From Chiloscyllium plagiosum (taxonomy: Eukaryota), in assembly GCF_004010195.1 (NCBI RefSeq), contig NC_057751.1, positions 9,747,457 through 9,807,456 of the forward strand: a stretch of 60,000 bases of DNA, read 5' to 3'. The translations under genes and the position numbers were made by a program. Within the stretch, counting starts at the first letter, position 1; the number at the start of each line of letters is the position of its first letter. Of the stretch, positions 37,131 to 50,882 are shown in pieces. Under the pieces are notes generated by a model. That model was not told where the DNA came from and ran no database searches. It worked only from the letters and a program-made list of their open reading frames with translations.

Positions 37131-37881
37131 AAGGCAACAAAAGGAATGGGTTAGAATTACAAAGGAAACTTACAAGTTTAAATTGATATGTTCTTTGTCA
37201 GGGAAGGGCTTTGGGGCAAAGCTGCATCCTCACTCCTGAAGATGCCCACTGCTGGCAGGTGGCAAAGCAAGTTGACAAACTGGTGCATTTGTAACCGTGT
37301 AAGAGAAACCAGCAGTCCAGTGCAATGACTACTTCCACAGCCTGCAGTCTGGGACTGACCTCTTCTGATTGCTCAGAGTCAAAATAATTTGAGTTGAACT
37401 CTTTCTCCCCAATGCACACACACACACACACTTGTGGTCAGTCAAAATTCTACATAAAATGAATTATAATATGATTTGTATTGTTTCAATAGTGGAATAA
37501 TAATTGCAGAAAAATTCAGGAAGAGGATCTCAAATGCAGGAGAGAAGCTAAGGCTGGAATGAGGAAGGCCAAGTGGAAGCATAAGGAAAGGATGGCAGAC
37601 TGTGCGAAACCAAACGGTGAAATATTCTTCAAATTTAGTAAAAGATTTGTGAAGGATGGAGTAATGTCAGAAGGAACAAGCAGGGTAACCTGTTCAATGA
37701 AACAAAGAGTACAGCATAGGTAACTAAATTAATTTATTTTATTCTGTCTTTAATAAATTAGAAAGTGGTGACAATGGCCCAGCTGAAAAAGTGGGTGTTG
37801 AGCAACAGAGTGATAGACAAAGAAGAGATACTAAAAAGATGAACAACACTCCAGGTAGCAAAGTTGCCAGGTCCTGATGGG

Positions 37882-38493
37882 TGTGACAAAACTGCTCCTT
37901 AACAAGGTTATGCTGTCCTTGGCTTTTTATTCACGGCAGTCGTAAAGGACACAGACTCCAAAAAGTCTGGGGTTGGAGGGTTTGAGGGCCAATTTGATAA
38001 AAGCTAACGGATACAGCCTCAGGAAGAAGGCTTTCAAGTTTTCATTGTGCAATGAAAGGGAATAGGTCAGTTCTCCCAGCTCAGCTTTTCTCTGGTTTGG
38101 TTTTCAGCAGTAATATGAAAAAGCGGCCAGATCCAAAGAAGCAGGTCCAGGCTGGTACGCTCTCTTTCTGTTTGATTTTACCTTGTGTTTGATTTTACCT
38201 TTTGTGCCAAGGGGTGTTCATGGGGATTGTTTCAAGTATTTGGAACAGCATCATTAAGTTGGGATGATCTGTTGGTTTTTTGGATAGGTTGTTATTCGGT
38301 ATTCTGTTTTCTATTTGCTTGTGTTCCATTCAATAATCTTGTAAATAACTTCTGTTTTGTTTACAACTAAGTGGTTTGACTAGCTGATTTTTTCCTGGAA
38401 TATCCACTTTACTCCTCCTTAAACAACTAGCAAAGTTATGGTCTGGGCTACTTTCTTGAAATGTTTTGAGGGGGTCTGGCCTGGTCCATTAGA
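37882..38493 (+). mobile_element. Solo LTR (Gypsy-like)
   Basis: Perfect TGGG 4-bp TSD inside the CR1 PGPDG codons. Reverse-complement homolog of 24627-25247. Confidence 0.85.
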
Positions 38494-38776
38494 TGGGATG
38501 TATCTGAGATTGCTGAACAAAAACTGTTAACAGAAATTTTCCAACCTTCTCTGAACACAGAAAAAGTTCCGGGGGAGTGGACGATTGTAATTGTGACACT
38601 ATTGGTTGAGAAAAGTGCAATGGATAACCTAAGAAACTGCACATCTGTCAACTTGGAAACTGCAGATCTGTCAACTTGACTTTAATCGTAATAAAATTGA
38701 TGGAGGCCATAATGCAGGATAAGATGAATACACACTGAGAGAAAAATAACATCATACCAGGCAATCAACTTGGTTT

Positions 38777-38941
38777 CTGGATTAGTGGTGCTGGAAGAGC
38801 ACAGCAGTTGATGATGAAGGGCTTTTGCCCGAAACGTCGATATCGCTGCTCCTTGGATGCTGCCTGAACTGATGTGCTCTTCCAGCACCACTAATCCAGA
38901 ATCTGGTTTCCAGCATCTGCAGTCATTGTTTTTACCTACCT
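38777..38941. mobile_element. Penelope-derived fold-back insertion
   Basis: TSD AATCAACTTGGTTT at 38763-38776 and 38942-38955, with a short inverted arm. Confidence 0.82.
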
Positions 38942-40479
38942 AATCAACTTGGTTTGTCAATGGCAAGTCATGTCTGACAAATTGAATTGAATTCTTTGAC
39001 AGGGTGACACAAGCACTGGCTGAGGATGCTGGTGTCAATGTTGCACATTTCAACTTTCAGAAAGCATTTGATGCTGTGCTCCATGGCAGGTTGGTTCGCA
39101 AATTTGGGATTGATGGGTCCTTGGCAGCATGGACTAGAAGTTGGCTAAATGCTAGGTATAGATGGGTATTTCTCAGACTGGTGTTCCCCAGGGGCCCTTG
39201 GTTTTTCTGATTTATATAAACAATTGGGATTTGGATGTTGAGGGCAAGATGTCTAAACTTGCAGATGATATAAGCGAGGGAGAACAATGGATTGTGAGGA
39301 TGATGCTGAGTGATTTCAGAGGGACATTGACAAGTTGGCCAAATAGGCAGAACACCTGACAGATTCATTTTTAAGACAGAGAAATAAGCGGTAGTGCATT
39401 TTGGCAGAAACATGGAGACAAAGTACAGATTCAATGGTACAAAATGGTATAAGGAGAGTACAGAGCAGAGGAACGTCAAGGTTCAAGTGCATAATTCTCT
39501 GAAGGTGGCTAGGCAAGTTAAAGCAGTTGTTAAGAAGGCTGAGAAGACCCTGAGGTTGAAACATAGAGGCACAGAGAAAAAAGCAAGGAAGAGTATAAAA
39601 GCAATGAGATAATGCTGCACCTTCATAAGTCATTGGTCAAACCACATTAGGAGTTTTATGTTAAGTTCTTGGCTAATTATTTAGGGAAGGACATTAAAAC
39701 TTTGAAGAGAGTACAAAGGAAATTTACTGGAATTATACCAGGAACGTAGGATTTCAGATACAAGGGAAGATTAGAGAAATTGGGCTTCTTCTCTTTGGAG
39801 CAGGGAAGATTAAGAGGTGACTTTATTGAGGTGTTCAAAATTATGAACATTTTTGAAAGGGTAAGGAAGGATATTCTGTTTCACTGTGTCAAAAAGTAAG
39901 AGTCATAATTTCAAGATTGTCAGCAAGAAAGCTATGACCCAAATGAGAAGGTACTTCTTTACTCACAGAGTTGTTAGGGTTTGGAATGTGCAGCCTGGCA
40001 GAACGATGGAGGTGATTTCCACAGAAGCTATTAAAAGAGAGCTGGATATACATTTAAAACTGTCAAATTAGAGGATTACAGAGAGAAGTCTGGAGAATCT
40101 GACTAGCTAATACAGGCATGATGCTTTGAATGGACATCTCCTGTCATGTAAAACTCTATATCCTCTTGCCCCTCCATTGATGATGAAAGGCTTAAATGTC
40201 GCAGTGTTGTCAAACTGTGAATGAGATAGTGCACCAATTTCTAATAATTGCAGTGATTTAAAAAATTGATTCAAGGAGTTTACAGGCTGTTGTGTCCCAC
40301 GGCAAACCCAATCTCTGATGCTGTTTTGCCATTGAGGACAGTGCAAGATTGTGATGTTTTTGCAGACAAGTCAAATTCCCAACATGATCTTGTTTGTTCC
40401 CAGATGAAAACAAACATAGACAAATGGCCACAGGAGGGCGCAGAATGCTGCAGTACAGAGGGATCTGTTTATCTCTGAA

Positions 40480-41450
40480 TCTGAATAATAGAAAGTTAAC
40501 ATCAACACACTGTCCAGCAAGTAATTAGACAAGCAAATAGATTGTTGGCCTTTATTGTTATGGAATCAAATCTAAAAGTAGTAAGTTTTGCAACTCCTAC
40601 AGGGCTTTGGTGACTACATACATGGAGTACTGTGTAGTTTTCATTTCCTTACTCAACACCGAAAAGCGATGTTAATCACTTGACTCTGACGCAGTCAAGG
40701 GTAGGTTGGGCTTGAATTTTGGTTATCTGCTTCAGAGATGGGTACTCTACCACTGCACCACAAAAACACCCTTAAGTGGAGCTTGACTTGCTTTGCAAGA
40801 ATTTCAGAGGCTGATTCCTGGGATGGAAGGATTATCTTATGTGGAACCGTCAAACAGGTTGAAAATGTGTTGCTGGAAAAGCGCAGCAGGTCAGGCAGCA
40901 TCCAAGGAACAGGAGAATCGACGTTTCGGGCATAAGCCCTTCTTCCTGAAGAAGGGCTTATGCCCGAAACGTCGATTCTCCTGTTCCTTGGATGCTGCCT
41001 GACCTGCTGCACTTTTCCAGCAACACATTTTCAGCTCTGATCTCCAGCATCTGCAGTCCTCACTTTCTCCTGTCAAACAGGTTGTCTGGTACTCATTGAC
41101 ATTGTGAAAAATAAGAGGTGATCTTGTTGAAACAGAAAAATTTTGGGAATGAGTAGATGTTGCGAGGATATTTCCTCTTGTGGCAGAATCACAAACGAGC
41201 AGACAGAATTTAAAATAAAGGGTCCAAAAGGTGAAGTAAAGTGAATTTTACTCTCCTAGCTGTTGTTAATCATTGGAATTCTCTTTTACAGAGAGCAGTG
41301 AAGGCTGGACCATTGGAAATATTCAAGACTGTAGGTGGGGGGGAGGGAATTGGAGTTGACAGCACAATCAGCAAAACCATCAGTTTATTGAATGGTGAAA
41401 CAGGCTTGAGGGACCAAATGCCTACTCCTGCTCCTATTTCTCATGTTCTT
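40480..41450 (+). mobile_element. Old CR1 3' fragment
   Basis: RLIPGMEGLSY and VVNHWNSL remnants, interrupted at about 40690-40790 and 40862-41070. Confidence 0.6.
40862..41070. mobile_element. Penelope-derived fold-back insertion with intact hammerhead core
   Basis: Near-perfect inverted arms of about 85 bp. TSD GTCAAACAGGTTG at 40849-40861 and 41072-41084. Core CTGAAGA-A-GGGC TTAT GCCC-GAAACGTC at 40946-40973. Confidence 0.88.
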
Positions 41451-41489
41451 CTGCAACATAGAAAGGAAGACACAAGTCAGGAGTGTGAT

Positions 41490-41970
41490 GCAATGTTCAC
41501 CATTTTCCTGTTGCAGTGCAGCTCCAACAACACTCAAGAAGCTTGACACCATCCAGGATAAAACAGTCCATTTTATTGGCATTGTATTCACAAGCATCCA
41601 CTCCCTCCACCACTGACGTTCAGTAACAGCAGTGTGTACTATCTACAAGATGCATTGTAAAAATTCATCAAAGCTTGTTAAAACAGCACCTTCCAAACCC
41701 ATAACCACTTCCATCTAGAAGGACAAAGGCAGCAGATACATTACCCCCTGCAAGTTCACCTCCAAGCCACCCTCCGTCCTGATTTGAAAATATACTGCCA
41801 TTCCTTCACTGTCGCTGGGTCAAAATCCTGGAATTCCCTCCCTAAGGGACTTGTGGGTCTACTGATAGCACGTGGACTACAGTGATTCCTGAAGGCAGCT
41901 CACCACCACCTTCTCAAGAGCAACAGGCAATAAATGCTGGCCAGCAAGCAACTCCACATCCCTGAATTAA
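41490..41970 (+). mobile_element. LINE 3' fragment sharing its tail with the second SINE family
   Basis: Ends caataaatgctggcc...cacatccc like the SINE at 19013-19355. Confidence 0.6.
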
Positions 41971-42699
41971 GAGAATGTGTATAACCTCAGGGATCTTGCA
42001 AAATCTTTGCACCTTGTTAAGACTGAGGGGCAATTATTGAAATATACAAGATTCTTCAAGAGCATCAAATAATTCCACAGAGGCTGATGTCCCAAGGTCT
42101 AGTCATCCCTTATTTACATAAGGAGCGTCCTTGACACTGATCCAGGTCCTGCAGAGCCAGCTCTCAGACCAAGGAGAACCCTTGACACTACTATTTCTGT
42201 CTGTCAGCCAGGGTTCCCTGATTAGACCAGGTTAACAGCTCCAATCAGGGATCTCAGATTCCATGAGATCCATCTGGCTGACCTTGTCACAATCACTGTA
42301 CACAGTGTTGATGTGGAGAGGTTGTTTCCCCTTGGGGAACTGTCTAGGACCACAGTTTACGATCTCAGTGGAAGGGATGACCCACTTAAAGCAGAGATGT
42401 GGAGGAATATCTTCTTTCAGAGGGCAGTGAATCTTGAATTCTTTACCACAGAGAGCTGTAAAGGCAGGATCATCAATTATATTCAAGGCTGAGACAGACA
42501 GATTTTTAATCAGCCCGTGAATTGGGGTATTAGGGAGAAGGCAGGAACATGGCGTTGACAATTTTCAGATTAGATCATTGAATGGAGGGGCTGATCTAAG
42601 AAGGACTGTCTGTTTCTGATCCTCTGTCTTATGGCCTGTGATTCAATTCTGATGTTGGCAATTGTTTAGGGAACAGTATTCTCACTTTTCAGCTTCTAC

Positions 42700-43060
42700 G
42701 TTTAAGGCCCACTCCAGACTCTTGAATACAAAATCTAGCTTGACACTTCATTGTAATACTGAGGGAATCCTTTGAACGAGATGTGAAACCTCGGCCTCTC
42801 AGGTTCCACAGTACCCTTTGAAAATGAGCAGGAGCATTTTCTCATCTGTCCTGTTTATCCTTGAACTAAGGTCACTAAATAAATCGATTATACAGTTATT
42901 ACCCCATTTCTATTAGTGAGACCTGGCTGTGTGCAAACTGGATGCTGTATTTTTCCCCAGTATTACAACAGCAACCACACTACAAAAATGCTTAGCAGTA
43001 AAACACTTATTCTGTATTGAGGCCATGAAAGACACTGTAAATGTGCATGTTCTTGTTGTA
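42700..43060 (+). mobile_element. Deu-domain SINE (SacSINE1/AmnSINE-like), degenerate
   Basis: gcttgacacttc..tactgagggaa..gagatgtgaaacc..gagcagga..attacaacag. Related pieces at about 560-690, 33720-34010, 51180-51480 and 53450-53970. Confidence 0.55.
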
Positions 43061-45890
43061 CTGCCTGCAAATGAAACTGCTGAAATCTCTTGCCGTCAAC
43101 TTGTCAATCTGTCAGGAAGTCTATAATTATCACAGCCCAGCTGATGAAATACTTGGAAATGTAATAAGCAGGGATTATTCACCAAGCTCACTCAGACAGC
43201 ACTCAACACGTTGTAACCAGGGACAGAAAAGTGCTCCTTCTCAAACAAATCCTGAAACATGGCCTCTATCAAATTATTCTGACGGAGGCAGATTTTAAAG
43301 CCCGTAAGAGAAAAGGTCAGTCCCGTAATTGATTAATCAAACAAAGTGGATTTGATTTGTTCACTCAGTATGATATTTGCTCACCTGCAAACCTGGCAGC
43401 TGACTGTTCATTCAATGAAAGATAAAGGGTTTCATATTTCCTCTTATTTATGGGAAGTGTGCGTCAGTAAACTGTAATCAGTAAACTCCAGTCCCTCAGC
43501 TTGGGGATACCAGCTCTGACAGGAATTGATAAAAAAAAAGACTGTCTTATTCATCGTGCAATACAAAATACTCAGCATCTAAGCACCATTAACTCTCTGC
43601 AAATATGAAATATGCAGTCTTCTGAGGCAGGTTTCATTTTGGCATCTGCCTGGTTCAGTTTGACCATCAGTTGGGATCATAACTATGCCATCCATCTCAA
43701 TCTTATCCTGTCAGTTAATCTATGACCCTTTGGGTTATCGGATTCCAGTTGATTCCCTGAGTATCTGAACTTCTTAATTTGTGACATATGAATTTGTAAC
43801 ATTTGAAGCTCCTCATGAACCTCTGATCACAGGAAATAGAAGCTGGGTATGTCACTGACCTACCCTGCTGTGCCATTCAGTAAGATCACGCCTGATCTGA
43901 TTTGGCTTCAACTCCATTTTCCTTGTGAGCCCCCTCCATAATCCTTGACTTCCATTCAGATCAAGAATGTGTATGCAGAATGTATATACTCAGCTTCCAC
44001 TGTTCTCTTTGGAAGAGATTGCCAAAGGCTCACAACTCTTTTGGAGAAGAAATTCCAACTCATCCCGATCTTAAGTCAGGGACCCCATATTTTTAAACTG
44101 CCTGCTCACATCACAACTCACTGTAATAGTGTGCTTCAAATTAAGCCTAATGATTCCTGGAATCATTGCAAAGTTCAAGCTTTTTTAAAAATCCACAAGC
44201 AACTTGATTATCAGATTGATAGAACACACAGTCCTGACTTCCATAACAAGAAATCACTGTTTATTACAGGTCATTAGATTCTTGCCCACAAGTAAACAAT
44301 TATAAACCATTGACATACAATACAACAAATTAAATCCCTGAAGTCCATTATAAACACACCAGATAGACAGATGTAAACAGGGGAAAAAAAACACGTGTGG
44401 GCGCAAGGAAAACTGGGAAAATAATTCCATAGTAATAGAGTCAAGAAAACAGATCCTTGCCGACTTGTCCATGCCGACCAGATAGCCTCACCTAATCTTG
44501 TCCCACTTGCCAACACCCAGCCCATATCCCTCCAAACCCATCCTATTCATATCCCCATCCACGTGCCTGATAACTATTGAATTGTACCAGCCTCCACCAC
44601 TTCCTCTGGCAGCTCATTTCATACACTCTCTGTGCACCACTCTCTGCATGCAAAGGTTGTCCCTTTTAAATCTTTCTCCTCTCAACTTAAACCTATGCCC
44701 TCTAGTTTTGGACTCCTCTATCCTGAGGAAACTACCTTGACTATTCAAATCTTAATTCATAAGATCTGTTGGGTTGGACCTTGTTGATGAGAAGGTTTCT
44801 CCTTGACCTTTCTTTTCCTGAATACTTCCACTGGCTTGCAAGAGGCACAATGTGACTGGTTCACTTGTAAAAGGTCACGGATTTATCCAATTCAAAGCCA
44901 CAGCTTGCATTAATTGCTGAGAGAAGAAGCAGGTTTGCTTCAGGTTTCAAGTGGTCAACTGAAGAGAACTGAGAGAGAGTTTTTTGGCTGCTGCAGTTCT
45001 GCTGGTTTTCTTATGGTCTGAAAAAAAAACACTTTGTGTCTTGTTTACTGCCCATATTGTTCAGCTGACTGCCAACCAATTGCAAGATGCTTAGAGGCAG
45101 AGGACCTTTGATAACTGGTCCCAAGTCCACAAATCAATCATCCTTCACCCCAGGACCGAGCCTAATAAACCTTGTCAGAACTGTTTGCAATGCACGTATG
45201 TCTCTCCTGAAGTAATGTGAATGAAGCAGTACACAGTGTACTCAGTACAGTTTCACCAATGTCCAGCACGGGTTGTAGCAGCTTTCGTGTTGCATCTCCC
45301 TTGTGATTAAAAACAATGCTCCATTTGTATTCCTAATTCTGCTTTCCCATTCTCCCTGCAAAAGTGCACAAAATCAAAATTTCCACATTTTCTCCATCTG
45401 CCAATTTTTTGTCCACTCTACTTACTCATGACCCTTTGTAGTTTTGCTTGTCCTCCTCACAAGCTTTCCTATCTTTCTTTCTGTCATGACAAAATTATTC
45501 ATCCAAGTCATTGCAAGTAGTTGAAACCACAGGACTGATTTCTGCATGTACTCCATTGGTCACATGCAAACATATTCATCTATGGCCTGCAGCATTATTC
45601 CAGTGAAGCCCAACACTAGTTGGAGGAACAGCACCTCAATTTCTGTTGCAATATCTTTATGACCTTTGTGCCTCAACATTAAGCCGAGGTCCCTCATTCA
45701 TTTTGCCATTCTGATAAATCGATTCTGCACCTTCTCCCAGGTCTGGGCACCCTTCTTAAAGTGCACTGCCCAGATTTGGACATATTGGATGGAATCTTCT
45801 AGTGATGAGGTTGGAGGCAGGAAGAGCACTAAATTACGCAGGGTTTGGCATAGCTCAACCCCACCAACCTTTTGTCAAGTCAGAATATGG

Positions 45891-46359
45891 TGTTATGGAC
45901 CAGGCCAGACCCCCTTAAAACATTTCAAGAAAGTAGCTCAGACCCTAACTTTGCTGGTTGTTTTAAGCAGATGTAGACTTGATATTCCAGGAGGGATGCA
46001 GCCGGCCCAACCACTTAGTTTTAAACAAACCGGGAATTTATTTGCAAGATTACCGAATGAAACACAAACAAAAGAGAACAGAATGCAGAATAACTTAACC
46101 GATCTGAAAACCCAACCAACTCTATCCCAACTTGATGATGCTGTTTCAAATTCCTGCATAAACACCCCTTGGCAAAAAAGGTTCTAACAGGAGAGATGTC
46201 AGAAAGAGGGAAGATCAGTATGGACCTGCTTCTTTGGATCCAGCAGCTTCACAACTCTGCTTGCTCCAAACCAGACATCTCGGCAACTTTGCCTCGTACA
46301 ACACTTTTGAAAAAAAACGAAGGACAACACAATCTTGTTCATGGAGCAGCCTCGTCACA
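45891..46359 (-). mobile_element. Solo LTR (Gypsy-like), internally deleted
   Basis: TG...CA with a perfect ATGG 4-bp TSD. Homologous to 24627-25247. Confidence 0.85.
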
Positions 46360-46518
46360 ATGGTGACTTTACCTTGTTAACTCAAAGTAGTCTATTTATT
46401 GGAACATCAGAAAAGGAGTTGGCCAGTCAGTCAGTCAAACTTGCCCGCCTATTCAATATTGTTATTGTTTAGCAAACACTTCAATACTTTTTATTCATCC
46501 CATCCTCATAACCCTGTA

Positions 46519-46715
46519 GGAGAAAGTGAGGACTGCAGATGCTGAAATCAGAGTCGAGAGTGTGGTGCTGGAAAAGCACAGCAGGTCAGGCAGCATCTGA
46601 GGAGCAGGAGAATCAACATTTCAGTCCTGATGAAGGGCTTATGCCCGAAACGTCAGTTCTCCTGCTCCTCGGATGCTGCCTGACCTGCTGTGCTTTTCCA
46701 GCACCACACTCTTGG
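46519..46715. mobile_element. Penelope-derived fold-back insertion with intact hammerhead core
   Basis: TSD CTCATAACCCTGTA at 46505-46518 and 46716-46729. Core CTGATGA-A-GGGC TTAT GCCC-GAAACGTC at 46627-46654. Confidence 0.88.
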
Positions 46716-47751
46716 CTCATAACCCTGTATGCCACTTTGTGTCATGGTCTTATGGTCTAATCAGGAATCATTTGATGTCTACTTAAAAAGTGCTCAAAGG
46801 TTGAGCTCCTGTTGCCATCTTGGGTAAAGAATTTCAGCCTGACCACACTCTGAGTAAAATTATTTCTCCTCATCTTGGAATTAAGACCTTATTTTGACAT
46901 GCTCTCATTCTAGACTTCAATTCTCCTGCGAGACAAATCAGAGGGAAATGAGATTGCACAGACACGGTGCCCTGGGGTCTGTTCTTTCTGCAGCTCCAAA
47001 GACATTTGTTCACCCCTGCAATTTGAAGCAGCTATTTGTGACTGAATGAAACAGTATAAAACATGTCAGCAACGCCATGCAGTGAATGCGCCGACAAGCT
47101 GTTCGTGAAAGGAAGTGGAGTCGAATTTTAATCAAATGTTGTCTTTGTGAGCCGGTCCTTTGTTTGACATCATTAATTCCAGCGATTTTAATCTGGCTTG
47201 TTCTTAATTGTTTGGCCATGGGAAGGGGAACAGGTGCAGAATATGCCCTTATCATTGGTTACCTTTGTGGAAATTCTAATATTTATTGCACTGGGCTCTG
47301 TTCCGCTTCTTTGCAAACAACATCACATTGTGTCTCCTGCAGCCACATTGATCTCACAATTGAACTGACCTCAGCTCAGCCTCAGCGCTTCACACAAATG
47401 GCAACTCATGGATGTACTTGGCATCTTCTGGTCAGCACTTACTCCCGTGTCTCTCCTGCTGAGTATTTTTAATCCCATGCCAGGGGAACCGCTGTGCACT
47501 GTCACACACGAAGTCATTGCACACAGACTTGGCAAGCTCAATTCCTGACAGCAAAAGCAATAGAATGGTGTAAACTCTGGATGAGTAACATGGGAACAAA
47601 GATCTTGGGCGCAGTAAGAAGCCATTTGGCACTTCTTCCTGGCTCCAGCATTCAATCAGATTATGGCCGATTCGGTTGTGGTATCAAATCAACTTTATGA
47701 TTCCTTTGTGTATCAAAAATGTATTTAGTTCTGCTTTTAATCAGCCAATCC

Positions 47752-47928
47752 TGCTACACACCTACATTCAAGTGCTGCTGTAAGATACATCTATGTGAGA
47801 ATACTCCTGTACTGTTACACCTACACTCATGTAATGGTACACCTACGTTCAAGGACTGCTGTACTGTACACCCACATTCAAACACATTATACTGGTACAC
47901 CTTTGTTCAAGAGCTGGTGTACTGGGTG
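47752..47928 (+). repeat. Degenerate minisatellite (unit of about 28 bp)
   Basis: Recurring tacacctac(a/g)ttcaag..ctgctgtactg units. Confidence 0.6.
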
Positions 47929-49444
47929 TGGTGTAAAATTATGTCCCAATACATGTGTGAATCATTATGCAACGAATTTTTTAAAACACTGGGACACCTG
48001 ATCTTGAAACCAATGAGCTTATTTCATGGTTGAAAAGATAACGGAACTTTTCATGGAACAGAAAAATATATAAAATCTTAAAATTCAAGTACAGAAGAGT
48101 CAGCACAGTTTTCATTTGTTTGATTGACCATTGACCAAGGGCATTGGAGATGACATCACAGTTAATGTGACAAAATGGATAGAAAGTTGACTACAATACA
48201 AACTGTCAAAGGTTAAGGGGAGTGACTCAGCCAATCAAAAGACAGGAAATGGTCTTCCACAGTGTTCGGTCTGCAATCAAGGAAAATTTTCAAAAAAGAA
48301 GCTATCAAGAGACGAAATGAATGGACATGTACTTGGCAAATCAATTTTACTGCACGTAAGTTTGGGATGTTGCAGTTTGGTCGTGAGAATAAGGAGAAGC
48401 CACAAATCGTTTGTATTGTAAAGGTCCAAATGATCGATGGTACAAATAAAGAAATCACTGCAAGTAGCAACACGGTTTACATACAACCACTGAGTCATAG
48501 TTGAATTGAAAGGCAGTCCAGAAGTGATGGTAAACTTATATCAAACTTTGGTTGAACCACACTGTGGAACCATGCACTTATTTCTGGTCCAAGCCAATAC
48601 GAAGGATGGAGATGCAGTGCAGAAAGTGCCAAGGAAAGATCCACAATGATGATTCCAGAATTTTGAGAATATCACAAATGGCTGAACAGATTAGAAAAGA
48701 GAAGGGTGAAGATGACTGGATCAAAATCTTTCAGATTCTGAAAGGGTTTGTAAGAGTAGAAGTAAATTTAAGAAATTGTTTTCACTGTTATATCGCCACA
48801 ATTGGCTCTGCTTGGATCTGTTTTGGAATAACATGCTGCCCCCGATCCTCAAAATAGTTACCTGTTGGGCTGACTCCAATGGAGTGCTGAAGGAACAACA
48901 ACCACAATAAGTTTTCATCAGAAGTAGCACATGTTTGAGTAACAAGAAGCATTTATTACAAAGTAACTTAAGATAGCAGGTTACATGAAGTTTTGACTGG
49001 TTAACAATCTGACACTGAAGGGAGATTTGATTATCTTCTAAGAGATACCAAACTTGGCGAAGTTACATAGTTGTTAACAGCAGAGGTCAGACAAACAGGG
49101 GTAGACAACACACTGACAACTAGAATTTACCAGCTCCTCCCATAGACAGAAATGGTCACTTTTGTCCTAGTGAACAGAGCTCTGTGAAGGTGCCAGAGTT
49201 AACCCTTTAAGGATAATTGCCTCAAACAACATCCAAACATAGGGCCATGAATAGAAAATAGCCACTAATAAAACCATTCAAGAATTCTGGAGAAGGTACA
49301 ATTCCCGAAGAGTGGTTCAAGTGTAGAACATTCTCCCATTTGGAGTAATTGAAGCAAATTGACCAATTGCATCTTTGGGAAAACAGCATAACTGCTTTCA
49401 GAAGAAAGAATAGAAAGAAATGTTGAAAGGTTTAGATCATGTTA

Positions 49445-50596
49445 GCAAGTTTTGAGAAGATTTGTTGCTCAAGTTGAGGTTCTGGATGTAGGTATGCTCA
49501 CTGACTTGGAAGGTTTATTTTCAGATGGTTCAGAGGTAACATCATTAGTAAGCCTCCAATGAAGCACTGGTGGCATGGCCCACTTTCTGTTTATGTGTTT
49601 AGGTTTCCTTGGTTTGGTTACAGCAGTTCCTGTGGTGATGTCATTTCCTGTTCTTTTTCTCAGGGGTGGTAGATGGGCTCCAAATCAATGTGTTTGTTGA
49701 TAGAGTTCCAGTTGAAATACCATGCTTCTAGGAATTCTCTTGTGTGTCTCTGTTTGGCTTGTCCTAGGATGAATGTGTTGTCCCAATCAAAGTGGTGTCC
49801 TTCCTCATCTGTATATAAGCATATGAGTGAGAATGGGTCATGTCTTTTTGTGGCTTGTTGATGTTCATGTATCCTGGTGGCTAGCTTCCTACCTGTTTGT
49901 CTAATCTAGTGTTTGTTACAGTCCTTGCAAGGTATTTTGTAAATGACATTAGTTTTGCTCATTGTCTGCATAGGTCTTTCAAGTTCATTAGCTGCTGTTT
50001 GAGTGCATTGGTGGGTTTGTGGGCTACCATGGTGCCAAGAGGTCTGAATAGACTGGCAGTCATTTCTGAGATGTCTTTGATGTCGGGGAGAGTAACTGGG
50101 GTTTATGGACATGTTTTGTCTGCTTGTTGAGGTTTGTTGCTGAGAAATAGGCGGACTGTATTCATTAGGGACCTGTTCTTTTTGAATACACTGAATGGGT
50201 GATTTTCCTCTGCTCTGCATAAGTGAACACAGTCCGCCGATTTCTCAGCAACAAGCCCCAACAAGCAGACAAAACATGTCCAGAAACCCGAACCACTTTG
50301 ACTGGGACAACACATTCATCCTAAGACAAGCTAAACAGAGACATGCACAAGATTCCAACCGGAACTCTATCAACAAACACATTGACTTGGATCCTATTTG
50401 CCACCCCTTGAGAAAAAGAACCGGAAATGACATCACCACAGGAAATGACATCAGCAACCCAAGGAATCCTAAACACATAAATAGAAAGTGGGTCATGCCA
50501 CGTGCTTCATCCAGAAACTAACAGATAATGTTACCTAGTATGGTGATGAAACGTCTGAAAACTAACCTTCCAGCTCAGCGAACAAACCTCGATCCA
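49445..50596. mobile_element. Large Penelope fold-back insertion (third family, GIY-YIG fragment)
   Basis: Minus ORF ...SKTNVIYKIPCKDCNKH. 49470-49800 is inverted at 50290-50596. Degenerate hammerhead-like end ..gttacc tagtat ggtgat gaaacgtc at about 50522-50555. Confidence 0.8.
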
Positions 50597-50882
50597 TTTC
50601 AATCAAGTGGTGTGGGAGGAGGCTTGGTGGAGCATTACTGCTGACTTGTTGGAAGAATTTGTTTCAGTGTAGAATCAACAGAGTTCCTACAATCTAATGT
50701 ATTCTGCCTTTTTCAGTACAATGGTTCCTTGATGGTATCTTTATTGCCATGTTGTGTAATGCAGCTTGGCTGATTTGAGATTCTGGCAAATAGAATGAAG
50801 GTATGCTTTTGTTTAAATGGATTTCAATGAACACAGGAGTTATGGGCCTTTGACCATCTATATACTAGCCTTTATTCTGAAT

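Larger units (their letters stand above)
37530..40150 (+). mobile_element. Long degenerate CR1 LINE hosting younger insertions
   Basis: PGPDG, FQKAFDAVLHGRL, GVPQG, SKLADD, HFGRN and FFTHRVVRVWN remnants in order. Confidence 0.85.

Noticed and set aside
36436..37239. 267-aa plus-strand ORF
   Set aside because: It spans the TTI2 CpG island with low-complexity G/P/S runs, a non-ATG start and no recognisable domain. Long ORFs are expected in GC-rich DNA.
36700..37400. Second U13 at the TTI2 promoter as in human
   Set aside because: No ATCCTT/box C/TTGTTACG/box D arrangement found on either strand.
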